A stretch of 64,000 nt of DNA, taken from Candidatus Spyradocola sp. (lineage in GTDB: Bacteria; Bacillota; Clostridia; Christensenellales; UBA1750). Below the pieces are notes generated by a model. That model ran no database searches. It was not told the DNA's origin and saw nothing but the letters and a program-made list of their open reading frames with translations. Of the stretch, positions 1-9,280 are shown piece by piece. Position 1 is the first letter of the stretch. The number at the start of each line of letters is the position of its first letter. The stretch spans positions 455 through 64,454 of the forward strand of contig JAXEXP010000102.1 in assembly GCA_034113365.1 (NCBI GenBank), given 5' to 3'. The translations under genes and the position numbers were made by a program.

Positions 1-103
1 TGACAACCAGCACCCACCGGCCCAGCAGCTCCGGGCTGCCCAGCCACACCATCGCAATGACGTACCCGGACGCGATCAGCCCCGTTACGGTTCTTTTTAC
101 CAT
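1..103 (-). CDS. cdsA: phosphatidate cytidylyltransferase CdsA, first 34 codons only (gene runs off the left edge)
   Basis: Minus-strand ATG at 103 lies 40 nt downstream of the uppS stop. The translation MVKRTVTGLIASGYVIAMVWLG... is a hydrophobic N-terminus. The frr-uppS-cdsA order is widely conserved, and the call rests mainly on that synteny. Confidence 0.4.
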   Translation of the reverse strand, partial: MVKRTVTGLIASGYVIAMVWLGSPELLGRWVLVV

Positions 104-143
104 TGATCTCTATCCCCAAATCTCCGAAGCGCGAGCCTCCGGG

Positions 144-862
<719 letters not shown>

Positions 863-866
<4 letters not shown>

Positions 867-1063
867 GGCTCTTCCTCCAGTGTATCCTCAAACGGCGAGA
901 CGGTAAGTGTGACCGCCCCGCCGTTGTCCTGCGCGCGCACGACGCGCATGCTTCCCTGTTTGTCCGGTCTGCGGGGCGGCAGCGCGGTGAGCACCGTGAC
1001 CTCCCGCCCCGATAGGTTCTCCATTGCCATGGAAAGCGGCATGCCAAGCACCCGCTGCATCAT
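863..1063 (-). CDS. hypothetical 66-aa protein translationally coupled between frr and uppS
   Basis: The ORF exactly fills the frr-uppS gap. Its ATG overlaps the frr TGA (GTATGATG) and its TGA overlaps the uppS ATG (CCATGACG). Third codon positions are mostly G/C, as in neighbouring genes. No family recognised. Confidence 0.5.
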
Positions 1064-1617
1064 ACGTCCATGAGCTCCTTTTCCTTCTCGGCCGTGATGG
1101 CGTCCACTTCCTTGACGATCTTATCCGTCGTCTTCTGGATCTTCTCCTCGGCGGACTTCTGCTCGTCCTCGGTGATGGTGTTGTCCTTCTTCATCTTCTT
1201 GATCTGGTCGTTGGCGTCCCTGCGGATGGAGCGGATGGCGACCTTGCAGTCCTCGGCCATCTTGCGGGTCTGCTTGACGAGCTCTTTTCTGCGCTCCTGC
1301 GTCAGCTCCGGCAGCAGCAGGCGGATGATCTTGCCGTCATTGGAGGGATTGATGCCCAGATCGCTCTTCTGGATGGCTTTCTCAATGACCTTGAGCATGC
1401 TCTGCTCCCACGGCGCGATCTGGATGATGCGCGGCTCGGGGATGGAGATGTTGGCCACCTGGTTGATGGGCATCTGGGAACCATAGTATTCCACCGTGAT
1501 GCGGTCGAGCAGCTGAGGATTGGCGCGGCCCGCACGCATGGAGGAGAGCTCTTTTCTATAAACCGCAACGGATTTGTTCATCTTTTCAAGCATGTTGTCG
1601 ATAACCACTTTGGTCAT
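1060..1617 (-). CDS. frr: ribosome recycling factor
   Basis: ORF trimmed to the ATG at 1617, which is preceded by AGGAGG. The 185-aa product MTKVVIDNMLEKMNKSVAVYRKELSSMRAGRANPQLLDRI... is typical RRF. Confidence 0.95.
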   Translation of the reverse strand: MTKVVIDNMLEKMNKSVAVYRKELSSMRAGRANPQLLDRITVEYYGSQMPINQVANISIPEPRIIQIAPWEQSMLKVIEKAIQKSDLGINPSNDGKIIRLLLPELTQERRKELVKQTRKMAEDCKVAIRSIRRDANDQIKKMKKDNTITEDEQKSAEEKIQKTTDKIVKEVDAITAEKEKELMDV

Positions 1618-1770
1618 GATCGCTGCCTCCTTATGACGTGAATCGGATTTACCACTTCTATTGTAGCAGATTTCCCTCCCGCAGGAAAGCCTTTTTCCCA
1701 AAGAAAGTGGAAACATTTCTCCCGCCCGCCCCAGACGCGCCCGCCGCAGCCGCTCCCCCAAGGGCGCAGA

Positions 1771-1799
1771 AAGGGCGCGGCGATGCCGCGCCCTTTTTT
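1771..1799. terminator. GC-rich hairpin with T-run between the nucleoside hydrolase gene and frr
   Basis: AAGGGCGCGGC-gat-GCCGCGCCCTT followed by TTTTT on the plus strand. On the minus strand it follows the hydrolase stop, but the U-tract there is poor. Confidence 0.4.
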
Positions 1800-1809
1800 G
1801 ATGTTTGGG

Positions 1810-2721
1810 TCAGTCCTTCACGCCCGCCAGCTTGCGGAACAGGTCGCGGAAGATGGCGTCGCGGTCGAGCGAGGCGACGTTTCGGATCAAATGCCTCGTG
1901 ATGTCGCGCGAATAGGTCAGCTGGTCGGTGATGATGGGCGAAGGGGTCAGCCCGCTGCGCGTCCAGCTGGGGTTTACCAGCAGCGCGATGGTGGAGATGT
2001 CCCAGATGGTCTTGCCCCACGCGAAGTGATCCTCGCCGTACTCGCCCACGATGCGCACCAGATAGTCGCACAGCGCGTTTTTTCCGCCGATGCAAGCGCG
2101 CAGCTCGGGCATGCCCGTGATCAGTATTTTCGACACCGGGTCGCAGGGCATGTGGATCAGCGGCACGCCGCAGTCGAACACCACCTGCGCCGCCTTCACG
2201 TCCTGATAGACGTTGTAGGTGTTGGGATGCAGGTCCAGATCGTTGCCGCCCAAATAAATCACCACGATGCGCTCGCAAAGCGTCTCGTCCATCAGCAGCG
2301 CCGACGCCACGTTCGTACTCGCCCCGATCGCCACCACATAGAGCGGATGCTCCTTGCTGTACGCTTTCGAGCGCTCGATCAGGTCGCGCGCAGCGGGGCT
2401 GTCCACGGGCTCGCCCTTGTCCGCCAGATACCGCTTGGATCCGCGGAACGCGGGCCGCTGCATGTGGCACAGGTTCAATATGTTCAGGATCTCGTTGTAG
2501 CTCATCTCCATGCCGTCGGCCGGGTCCTGCGCGCGCTCGTTCATCGCAAAGGGCGCGGCGTAGAGCGCCAGCAGGTTGATGCGCTCGGGGCTGAGCAGCG
2601 CGTAGGCGATGGCAAAGGGGTCGTCCACCTCGGTGTAGGCGTCGGTGTCCAGCACCAGGTCGATCACGCCGGTTTCCGGGATCTCCAGCATCTTCACCCG
2701 TTCGTATTCCTTCAGTGCCAT
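1810..2721 (-). CDS. nucleoside hydrolase (inosine/uridine-preferring family)
   Basis: 303 aa. The N-terminal Asp cluster DLVLDTDAYTEVDDPFAI is typical of IU-nucleoside hydrolases. SD GGGGAG lies 7 nt upstream of the ATG. Confidence 0.85.
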   Translation of the reverse strand: MALKEYERVKMLEIPETGVIDLVLDTDAYTEVDDPFAIAYALLSPERINLLALYAAPFAMNERAQDPADGMEMSYNEILNILNLCHMQRPAFRGSKRYLADKGEPVDSPAARDLIERSKAYSKEHPLYVVAIGASTNVASALLMDETLCERIVVIYLGGNDLDLHPNTYNVYQDVKAAQVVFDCGVPLIHMPCDPVSKILITGMPELRACIGGKNALCDYLVRIVGEYGEDHFAWGKTIWDISTIALLVNPSWTRSGLTPSPIITDQLTYSRDITRHLIRNVASLDRDAIFRDLFRKLAGVKD

Positions 2722-2733
2722 GGTGTCTCTCCC

Positions 2734-3696
2734 CTAGTCCAGTATGCCGCTTTCTTCGACGAAGGCGATCTCCTTCTCAATGTGCGTGTCCCGCGCGCCG
2801 TCGTGCTCGTTGAAGGGGTACACGCAGATGTGCTTTTCCGAGGTGATGCGGTTATAGGTCGCGTAATAGCACTTGGCCGGGCAGACGGGGTCGGCCAGCG
2901 CCACCGACGCAAACACCTTCGCGCGGATGCGGTCGGCCAGGTTCATGGTGTCAAAGTAGCTCAGCGTCTCATACGCCCGGTCCAGGTTCTCCGGGAACCT
3001 GCGCAGGTAGTCGTTGACGGAGGCAAAGCTGCCGTGCCGGTGCTCGACGCGGTACTCGATGTTGCTGTTGGAGGGCACGTTGACCAGCGCCAGCTTCACG
3101 CGCTCGTCCAGCGCCGCCACCGCCATGCCCAGCGCGCCGCCCTGGCTCGTGCCGCGCACGAACATGCGGTTTTCGTCGATGAACGGCAGGTCCGCCGCCA
3201 GATCCAGCGCCTTTACGCAGTCCATGTACACCGCGCGGTAGTAGTATTCGTCCTTGTCCAGTATGCCCTTGCTGTTTAAGTTGTTCACCATGCCGCTGCC
3301 GGTGTAGACGGCGCTGTTGCCCGTGACGCCGCCCTGCTCGCGGCAGTCCACCGCCAGCACCGCGCACCCCAGCATCGCAAAGGCCATGTGGTCGCTGGGC
3401 ACGCCGCGGCTTCCGGTAAAGCCGTGGTACTGCACCATCAGCGGGTACTTTTCCTTCCCCATAAACTCCGGCACGACCAGCCAGCCGTGGATGCGCGTCG
3501 CGTCAAAGCCGCTGTACTCCACGTCGTACACCGCCACGGCCTTCGCCGGATAATCTACCCGCCGCAGCACGCCGTCCAGCGGCACGCTGCGCGCCTGCCG
3601 AAGCGTCCGCGCCCAGAATTCATCAAAATCCGCCCGCCGGGTCAGCGGCGGCAGATACGCCTCCAGTTCCGCGATCCTGTCCTGCAGATAGCCCAT
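2734..3696 (-). CDS. acetyl xylan esterase / cephalosporin-C deacetylase family (CE7) alpha/beta hydrolase
   Basis: 320 aa with an AXE1-like N-terminus (FDEFWARTL..., YHGFTGSRG) and nucleophile elbow GTSQGG. Confidence 0.85.
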   Translation of the reverse strand: MGYLQDRIAELEAYLPPLTRRADFDEFWARTLRQARSVPLDGVLRRVDYPAKAVAVYDVEYSGFDATRIHGWLVVPEFMGKEKYPLMVQYHGFTGSRGVPSDHMAFAMLGCAVLAVDCREQGGVTGNSAVYTGSGMVNNLNSKGILDKDEYYYRAVYMDCVKALDLAADLPFIDENRMFVRGTSQGGALGMAVAALDERVKLALVNVPSNSNIEYRVEHRHGSFASVNDYLRRFPENLDRAYETLSYFDTMNLADRIRAKVFASVALADPVCPAKCYYATYNRITSEKHICVYPFNEHDGARDTHIEKEIAFVEESGILD

Positions 3697-3708
3697 ATCG
3701 CACCCTCC

Positions 3709-4044
3709 TCAATCCCGCTTCACGCGGTACTTTCTGTAGATCCTGTAATATTCGACGATCAGCCATGCAATCCCTGCCGTGCTTCCTGACACCAGCAGCG
3801 CCGCCGCGGCGGTCAGGCTGAATTCAAACGCCGCCGCGCTCAGTGCAAAGGGGATGGCGTGCAGCATCCACATGCGCCCGCACGCCCGGTTGTACGCCTC
3901 AACGTCCGTGATCGCATCCTTGGGCACCGTGCTGCCCGCCCAGAACCACATCGGCTCCGTCCGCCGCCGCGCGTACACGCCGATGCCGAAGAACAGCGCC
4001 GCACACCCCAGCGTCACCGCGTACCAGATGATGCGCTCCGCCAT
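3709..4044 (-). CDS. small membrane protein (DUF3784-like)
   Basis: ORF trimmed to the ATG at 4044 (GAGGAGG 6 nt upstream). The product is 111 aa with hydrophobic helices and a WFWAGSTVPKDAITDVEAYN segment resembling DUF3784 proteins. Confidence 0.55.
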   Translation of the reverse strand: MAERIIWYAVTLGCAALFFGIGVYARRRTEPMWFWAGSTVPKDAITDVEAYNRACGRMWMLHAIPFALSAAAFEFSLTAAAALLVSGSTAGIAWLIVEYYRIYRKYRVKRD

Positions 4045-4062
4045 GCCGCCCCTCCTCATGCA

Positions 4063-4098
4063 CAGAAAAGACCGCAAAGGAGCGTCTCCCTTGCGGTC
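4063..4098 (-). terminator. rho-independent terminator after the SPFH/zinc-ribbon gene
   Basis: Minus strand: GACCGCAAGG-gagacgct-CCTTTGCGGTC followed by TTTTCTG. Confidence 0.7.
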
Positions 4099-4108
4099 GC
4101 AGCCGTTG

Positions 4109-5536
4109 TTATTTTACGTCGGAGTCGTCGAAGATGTCGCCGCACTCGGGGCAGAACTTCGGGGGATGCTCGGGGTCGGCCGGCTCCCAGCCGCACTTGT
4201 CGCACTTGTAGAGCTTGGCCTCGGCGGGCTTTTTGGCGCCGCACTCGGGGCAGAACTTGCCCTTGTTGACCTTGCCGCAGCCGGGGCAGACCCAGCCGTC
4301 GGGCTTGGGCTCGGGCTTCTTCGCGCCGCACTCCATGCAGAACTTGCCGGTGTTGACGTGTCCGCAGGTGCAGGTCCAGGACCCTTCCGCGGGCTTGGGC
4401 TCGGGCTTTTTCGCGCCGCACTGCGCGCAGAACTTGCCGGTGTTGACCGCGCCGCAGCTGCAGGTCCAGCCATCCGCAGGCGCTGCCTGGGGCGCGGGCT
4501 GCTGGGCAGGCTGCTGTGCCTGCTGGTTCTGGCCCATCTGGTACAGGCTCTGGGCGTTCATGCCGCCCGCGCGGTTGGCCATGTCCAGGCCGGCAAAGGC
4601 GAACATGGGGCCGGTGGCGGTGTTCTTTGCGGCGTCCTGAATGGCCTGCGCCTGCGCGCCGGTCAGGGTCGCGGCGGCCATGGTGGGGTCGCGCATGACG
4701 GCGGTGCGCTGCAGGTTCTTGATCATGGCCTCGTCCTCTTCGGAGGCCTTGACGGAGCTGACACCGAAGGAAGCCACGGAAATGCCGCGCAGCTGCGCCC
4801 ACTTGGAGCTGAGCACCTCGTTGAGCGCGTCGGCGATCTCCTGGGTGTGGCCGGGCAGCGCCGAGTAGCGGATGCCCATGTCGCTGATCTTGGCAAACGC
4901 GGGCTGCAGCGCGGTCATCAGCTCAGACTTTAGCTGGCTGTCGATGCGGTCGCGGGTGTAGGTGTCCGTCACGTTGCCGCAGACGTTGGTGTAGAACAGC
5001 AGCGGGTCGGAGATCTTGTAGGAATACTCGCCAAAGCAGCGGATGGCGATGTCGATGTCCAGGCCGATGTTGCGGTCCACTACGCGGAAGGGCACCGGGC
5101 TGGGCGTGCCGTACTTGTTGCCGATGATCTCTTTTACGTTGAAGTAGTAGACGCGCTGATCCTTCGCGGTGTCGCCGCCGTAGGTGAAGCGCTTGCCGAT
5201 GGTCTTGAAGGTATCCACAATGCTCTTGCCCAGGCTGCCGGAGAACAGCGAGGGCTCGGTGGAGGTGTCATACTTGAACTCGCCGGGCTCGGCGCAGAAC
5301 TCCACGACCTTGCCCTGCTCCACGATGATCATGCACTGGCCGTTGTTGACCGCGACGATGGAGCCGTTGGTGATGATGTTCGCGTCGCCCTGCGTGTTGC
5401 TCGAGCGGCCCGAAATGCGCTTCTGGCCCTTCTTGACGAGCACGTTTTCCGCCAGCGCGTCGCAGTAGATGTACTCCTTCCACTGGTCTGCCAGCACGCC
5501 GCCCACGGCGCCGCCGATCGCTTTGATCAAGCCCAT
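4109..5536 (-). CDS. SPFH-domain (YdjI / virion-core-like) protein with a Q/A-rich linker and four C-terminal zinc ribbons
   Basis: 475 aa. The N-terminus MGLIKAIGGAVGGVLADQWKEYIYCDAL... matches the YdjI-type SPFH family. The C-terminus has three near-identical WxCxCGxVNxGKFCxECGAKKPEPKP units plus YKCDKCG...FCPECG. Confidence 0.8.
   Translation of the reverse strand: MGLIKAIGGAVGGVLADQWKEYIYCDALAENVLVKKGQKRISGRSSNTQGDANIITNGSIVAVNNGQCMIIVEQGKVVEFCAEPGEFKYDTSTEPSLFSGSLGKSIVDTFKTIGKRFTYGGDTAKDQRVYYFNVKEIIGNKYGTPSPVPFRVVDRNIGLDIDIAIRCFGEYSYKISDPLLFYTNVCGNVTDTYTRDRIDSQLKSELMTALQPAFAKISDMGIRYSALPGHTQEIADALNEVLSSKWAQLRGISVASFGVSSVKASEEDEAMIKNLQRTAVMRDPTMAAATLTGAQAQAIQDAAKNTATGPMFAFAGLDMANRAGGMNAQSLYQMGQNQQAQQPAQQPAPQAAPADGWTCSCGAVNTGKFCAQCGAKKPEPKPAEGSWTCTCGHVNTGKFCMECGAKKPEPKPDGWVCPGCGKVNKGKFCPECGAKKPAEAKLYKCDKCGWEPADPEHPPKFCPECGDIFDDSDVK
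4136..4468 (-). repeat. in-frame tandem coding repeats (zinc-ribbon units of about 30 codons)
   Basis: The DNA and protein repeat W(T/V)C-CG-VN-GKFC-(E/Q)CGAKKPEPKP occurs three times, followed by a fourth diverged CxxC...CxxC unit. Confidence 0.85.
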
Positions 5537-5587
5537 AACTCATTCCTCTTTTCTGCGGTCACCCGCCGGTATTTCATTCCTGCATAT

Positions 5588-5616
5588 ATTGTACAAAAAA
5601 ATCCGGCACATTTCAA
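5588..5616 (-). promoter_or_regulatory. predicted sigma-A promoter of the SPFH gene
   Basis: Minus strand TTGAAA - 17 nt - TACAAT, about 50 nt upstream of the ATG at 5536. Confidence 0.5.
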
Positions 5617-5666
5617 TCCACCCGGGCCCAAATGACAACTTTTTGGTTTCAAAGCACGGCTTTGGC

Positions 5667-6146
5667 TCACGTCACGTCGCACACCACGGCGTCCGTGTAG
5701 CGGATCAGCGCCTCGGGCTCCAGCACCAGCTGCACGCCGCGCTGCCCGCCGCTGACCGCAATGCGCCCGCACAGCAGGCAGGTCTCGTCGATATAGGTGG
5801 GGTATTTCTTCTTCATCCCGATGGGCGAGCACCCGCCGCGGATGTACCCGGTCAGGGGGAGCAGCTCCTTCATCGCGATCATCTCCACCTTCTTGTCGCC
5901 CGCCGCGTGCGCCAGCTTCTTTAGGTCCACCTCCAGCTCCACGGGGATCACGCACACCATCACGCCCTGCTTTTCGCCCCGCAGCACCAGGGTCTTGAAC
6001 ACCTCTTCGGGCTTCATGCCCGTCTTTTTTGCGACCGTCACGCCGCTCAGGTCGCTCTCGTCCACCTCATAGGTCACCGTGTCAAAGGCAACGCCCGCCG
6101 CCTTGAGCAGCCGCATCGCGTTGGTCACAACCGGCTTTTGCGCCAT
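5667..6146 (-). CDS. ybaK: Cys-tRNA(Pro)/Cys-tRNA(Cys) deacylase YbaK
   Basis: ORF trimmed to the ATG at 6146. The 159-aa product MAQKPVVTNAMRLLKAAGVAFDTVTYEV...GYIRGGCSPIGMKK is typical of the YbaK/EbsC family. Confidence 0.85.
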   Translation of the reverse strand: MAQKPVVTNAMRLLKAAGVAFDTVTYEVDESDLSGVTVAKKTGMKPEEVFKTLVLRGEKQGVMVCVIPVELEVDLKKLAHAAGDKKVEMIAMKELLPLTGYIRGGCSPIGMKKKYPTYIDETCLLCGRIAVSGGQRGVQLVLEPEALIRYTDAVVCDVT

Positions 6147-6251
6147 GATGGATCGCCCCCTTCCGGCATCCATGATACGGCATTTCCCCCGCCAATGCAA
6201 GAAAAACAGCACGATTTTCCCCAGCACGCGGCATTGCGCGCCGCCTTTTAC

Positions 6252-6280
6252 TTGTATTGTGCATGGAAATTGTGTATAAT
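6252..6280 (+). promoter_or_regulatory. predicted sigma-A promoter of murA
   Basis: TTGTAT - 17 nt - TATAAT, with TG two nt upstream of the -10. Confidence 0.5.
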
Positions 6281-6345
6281 GGAAAGGGTTAGCAGGAATT
6301 AGGGAGGTGCGCCGGCGCACAGCAAAGTCGCCCGGCAGTTCAAAT

Positions 6346-7620
6346 ATGGCAGAAAAACTGAGGATCTACGGCGGACGACGGCTGGAGGGAACGGTCGTGG
6401 TCAACGGCGGCAAGAACGCCGCGCTGGCCATCATTCCCGCGGCGCTGCTCAGCAGCGAGCCGTGCACCATCGAAAACCTTCCCCAGGTCAGCGACATCGC
6501 CGCGCTTCGGGACATCCTGGAGGAGCTGGGCGCCAAGGTGACGCTGAACGGCTCGTCCATGACCATCGATCCGCGCGGGGTGCACAGAACCTGCGTCCCC
6601 GAGGAGCTCGCACGCCGCCTGCGCGCGTCGTACTACTTTGTCGGCGCGCTTTTGGGCGTGTTCGGCAAGGCGGACGTCTCCTACCCTGGCGGCTGCGCCA
6701 TCGGCTCCCGCCCCATCGATCAGCACATCAAGGGCTTTGAGGCGCTGGGCGCGGAGGTCACGGTGGACAACAGCATGATCTGCGCGCGCGCCGAGGACGG
6801 CCTGCACGGCGCGGAGATCTATCTGGACATGCCCTCTGTGGGCGCGACCATCAACATCATGCTGGCCGCCACCCGCGCCAAGGGCAATACCATCATCGTA
6901 AACGCGGGCAAGGAGCCGCACATCGTGGACCTTGCCAACTTCATCAACGCCATGGGCGGCTCGGTCAAGGGCGCGGGCACGGACACCATCCGCATCCGCG
7001 GCGGTCGGCCCATGCACGGCTGCACCTACGCCGTCATCCCCGATCAGATCGAGGCGGGCACGCTGATGATCGCGGCAGCGGCCACGGCGGGCGACGTGCT
7101 CATCCGCGGCGCGCTGCCCACGCACATGGAGGCGCTGACGGCAAAGCTGCTGGAGATGGGCGCGCGCGTGGACGAGGGCATCGGCGAGGACAGCATCCGC
7201 GTCCGCTCCGACGGCAACCACCGCCACGTCAACATCAAGACGCTGCCCTACCCCGGCTTCCCCACGGACCTGCAGCAGCCCATGAGCGCGCTGCTGTCCA
7301 CCGCGCGGGGAACCTCCATCATCAACGAGACCATCTACGAGCAGCGGCACCGCCATCTGGAGGAGATCCGCCGCATGGGCGGCCAGTCGCAGATCCATGA
7401 GCGCATCGCCATCATCGAGGGCGTGCCCAAGCTCACGGGCTGCGCCGTGACGGCCACCGACCTGCGCGCGGGCGCTGCGCTGGTGGTCGCGGGCCTGATG
7501 GCCGAGGGCGTGACCGACATCTACAACGTGCAGTTCATCGACCGCGGCTATGAGCACCTGGAAAAAAAGCTCAGCCAGCTGGGCGCAAAGATCGAGCGCC
7601 TGCCCGCCGACGCCGATTGA
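6346..7620 (+). CDS. murA: UDP-N-acetylglucosamine 1-carboxyvinyltransferase
   Basis: Start trimmed to the ATG at 6346 (MAEKLRIYGGRRLEGTVVVNGGKNAALAIIPAALL). The active-site Cys context is GGCAIGSRPIDQH. 424 aa. Confidence 0.95.
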   Translation: MAEKLRIYGGRRLEGTVVVNGGKNAALAIIPAALLSSEPCTIENLPQVSDIAALRDILEELGAKVTLNGSSMTIDPRGVHRTCVPEELARRLRASYYFVGALLGVFGKADVSYPGGCAIGSRPIDQHIKGFEALGAEVTVDNSMICARAEDGLHGAEIYLDMPSVGATINIMLAATRAKGNTIIVNAGKEPHIVDLANFINAMGGSVKGAGTDTIRIRGGRPMHGCTYAVIPDQIEAGTLMIAAAATAGDVLIRGALPTHMEALTAKLLEMGARVDEGIGEDSIRVRSDGNHRHVNIKTLPYPGFPTDLQQPMSALLSTARGTSIINETIYEQRHRHLEEIRRMGGQSQIHERIAIIEGVPKLTGCAVTATDLRAGAALVVAGLMAEGVTDIYNVQFIDRGYEHLEKKLSQLGAKIERLPADAD

Positions 7621-7641
7621 TCCATTATGCAACCAAAAAAC

Positions 7642-7676
7642 AGGACAATGAACCCCCGCGTTCATTGTCCTTTGTC
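7642..7676 (+). terminator. rho-independent terminator of murA
   Basis: AGGACAATGAAC-ccccgc-GTTCATTGTCCT followed by TTGT. Confidence 0.75.
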
Positions 7677-7700
7677 ATAACCCCATATTCCCAGCCTTCC

Positions 7701-7880
7701 TCTGAGAGGGTAAGGTGTCGCCCGCAGGCGACTGATGAGGTGTCCGTCAAGCACCATCCACACTCCAGACGCACTGTAACTGCATACGCGTTTCCGGCAG
7801 TTCTTTTTTGACAAGCGGAATCAAATTCTCAGCGATTCATTCTTCATCAGCGAAGCGGCTTCAAACTTCACCATTCATTC
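7701..7880 (+). repeat. intergenic modular hairpin repeat, copy A (distal modules only)
   Basis: Shares with 48525-48707 the hairpin plus TGATGAGGTGTCCGTC, CCAGACGCAC and CAGCGAAGCGGCyTCAAwCTTCAC. The hairpin is GTCGCC-cgca-GGCGAC at 7717-7732. Confidence 0.8.
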
Positions 7881-7901
7881 TATGTATGAGGTGGTCTTTC
7901 C

Positions 7902-8285
7902 ATGCTGCCCTTTACCGCGATCCATCACGTCGCCATTCTCGTCAGCGACTACGCCGCCTCGCGCGCGTTCTACGTGGACAAGCTGGGCCTGCCCGTGCTG
8001 CGCGAGAACTACCGCCCCGCCCGCGGCGACTGGAAGCTGGACCTCGCCTGCGGGGACGTGGAGCTGGAGCTGTTCAGCGCGCCAAACAGTCCCACCCGCG
8101 TGACCAACCCCGAGGCGCGCGGCCTGCGCCACCTCGCCTTCCGCGTGGACGACGTCGAGGTCGCCGTGCGCGAGCTGGCCGCGCTGGGCATCGAATGCGA
8201 GCCCATCCGCGTGGACGAGTTCACCGGCGCCCGCATGACCTTTTTCCGCGACCCCGACAACCTCCCGCTGGAACTCCACGAATAA
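7902..8285 (+). CDS. VOC family (glyoxalase/bleomycin-resistance fold) protein
   Basis: 127 aa. IHHVAILVSDYAASRAFYVDKLGL ... RHLAFRVDDVEVAV ... FFRDPDNLPLELHE is typical of YaeR-like VOC proteins. Confidence 0.85.
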   Translation: MLPFTAIHHVAILVSDYAASRAFYVDKLGLPVLRENYRPARGDWKLDLACGDVELELFSAPNSPTRVTNPEARGLRHLAFRVDDVEVAVRELAALGIECEPIRVDEFTGARMTFFRDPDNLPLELHE

Positions 8286-8314
8286 TCCGCCGTTTCAAAG
8301 TAGGACATCCCAAC

Positions 8315-9136
8315 ATGGACATCCGCATCGTCAACCTGTTCGACGCGATCCCCGGCTACCTGGACGCGCTGCGCCGCGCGCCCGACGAGGCCGATGCGCT
8401 GTGGGAAGCGCACGTCGTCGCCCCGCACTGGGCGGCGCTGTGCTGCTACGCGCCCTTCCCGCTGGACGACCGCAAGCCCGCGCCCTGCCGCGACGCAGAC
8501 GCGCTGGAACGGCAGCTGACGGCCTTCTCCGCGCTGGACCTACCCGCGCTCCAGGGGGAATTTGCCCGCATCGCCGATACGCTGCCCAATTACGACGACG
8601 ACCCCATCACCGTGGCGCTGTGCCCGCACCCGGCGGGCGACGCCGATTTTGCACAGCGCCAGAACGGCGTGGTCGGCACGTCGCTGTTCGGCAACCTGCT
8701 GCTGTGCGTCGACCCGCTCGCGCCGGGCTGGCAGGACTGGCTTCCCTACGTGTTCGCGCACGAATACCACCACACCGTCTGGGGCAACTACTGGTACAAC
8801 CTCCACGGCGGCGCGCTGACGGGCGAATTCATCGAGGCGCTGGTCATCGACGGCCTCGCGGACGACTTCGTAATGGGCCTGTACCCCGCGCTGCGCCCCC
8901 AGTGGGTGAACCCGCAGGCGGGCGACGCGCTCCTCGACGAAATCTACGCGCCGCTGCTGCACTGCACGGACGTGGACTACCCGCGCTACATGTTCGGCGG
9001 CGGCTCCACGGGCCTGCCCTGGTGCGCAGGCTACGCAGCCGGCGCCGCGCTGGTGCGCCGCATGCGTGCCGCCCATCCGTCCCTCTCGCCCCGCGAGCTT
9101 CTGGAGACCCCGCCGCAGCAGTTCCTCCTCGTCTGA
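8315..9136 (+). CDS. DUF2268-like predicted zinc-dependent protease
   Basis: Start trimmed to the ATG at 8315 (MDIRIVNLFD...). 273 aa with an HExxH-like motif in FAHEYHHTVWG. Confidence 0.65.
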   Translation: MDIRIVNLFDAIPGYLDALRRAPDEADALWEAHVVAPHWAALCCYAPFPLDDRKPAPCRDADALERQLTAFSALDLPALQGEFARIADTLPNYDDDPITVALCPHPAGDADFAQRQNGVVGTSLFGNLLLCVDPLAPGWQDWLPYVFAHEYHHTVWGNYWYNLHGGALTGEFIEALVIDGLADDFVMGLYPALRPQWVNPQAGDALLDEIYAPLLHCTDVDYPRYMFGGGSTGLPWCAGYAAGAALVRRMRAAHPSLSPRELLETPPQQFLLV

Positions 9137-9280
9137 TCTCCACAGCCTTCCCTCAAAAGAGAAAAGCAGTCGCCCCATTCAGCGTCTGTATCCATTAAAA
9201 ATCCCGCTCACAGCAGGAAATAACCGTATCCTTCGCATTGAAATGGCGTATCCTTGACAGTCGCTCATGCTTGACGCTAC

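Noticed and set aside
4114-4480. Regularly spaced DNA repeats that could be mistaken for a CRISPR-like or other tandem array.
   Set aside because: The repeats are in frame inside a long ORF and encode zinc-ribbon units (CxxC...CxxC). There are no spacer-like unique segments and no cas genes.
6340-7665. Very long antisense or alternate-frame ORFs. Examples are 6340-7665(-), 15784-17382(-), 18582-20144(-), 23302-25182(+), 30036-31955(+), 32348-33874(+), 44530-46467(+), 48550-50127(+), 59264-60820(-) and 62432-63895(-).
   Set aside because: Each lies opposite or out of frame to a gene with unmistakable family motifs (murA, asnS, the kinase, the aminopeptidase, leuA, dnaK, the serpin, hflX and others). 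They are Arg/Ala/Gly/His-rich low-complexity translations. Such long open frames are expected on the antisense strand of high-GC coding DNA.
7733-7760. A CUGAUGAG motif directly after a hairpin, also present at 48548-48575, which looks like a hammerhead ribozyme core.
   Set aside because: No GAAA element follows a stem II: the sequence continues GGUGUCCGUCNAGCAC with CACAAAC or CACCAUC. No stem I/III arrangement or cleavage-site triplet can be drawn. The variant copies at 21818 and 61080 read TGAAGGGTG, which breaks the invariant core.
7808-8314. The N-terminal 169-codon extension of the DUF2268-like ORF (ORF-track start 7808), and similar 5-prime extensions of frr, ybaK, murA, hrcA, lepA, hemW, sigH, thyX, gpsA, hflX, yfbR and others.
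   Set aside because: The extensions overlap upstream genes, terminators, promoters or riboswitches and are Arg/Pro-rich. Internal start codons with proper SD sequences reproduce the canonical N-termini of the families.
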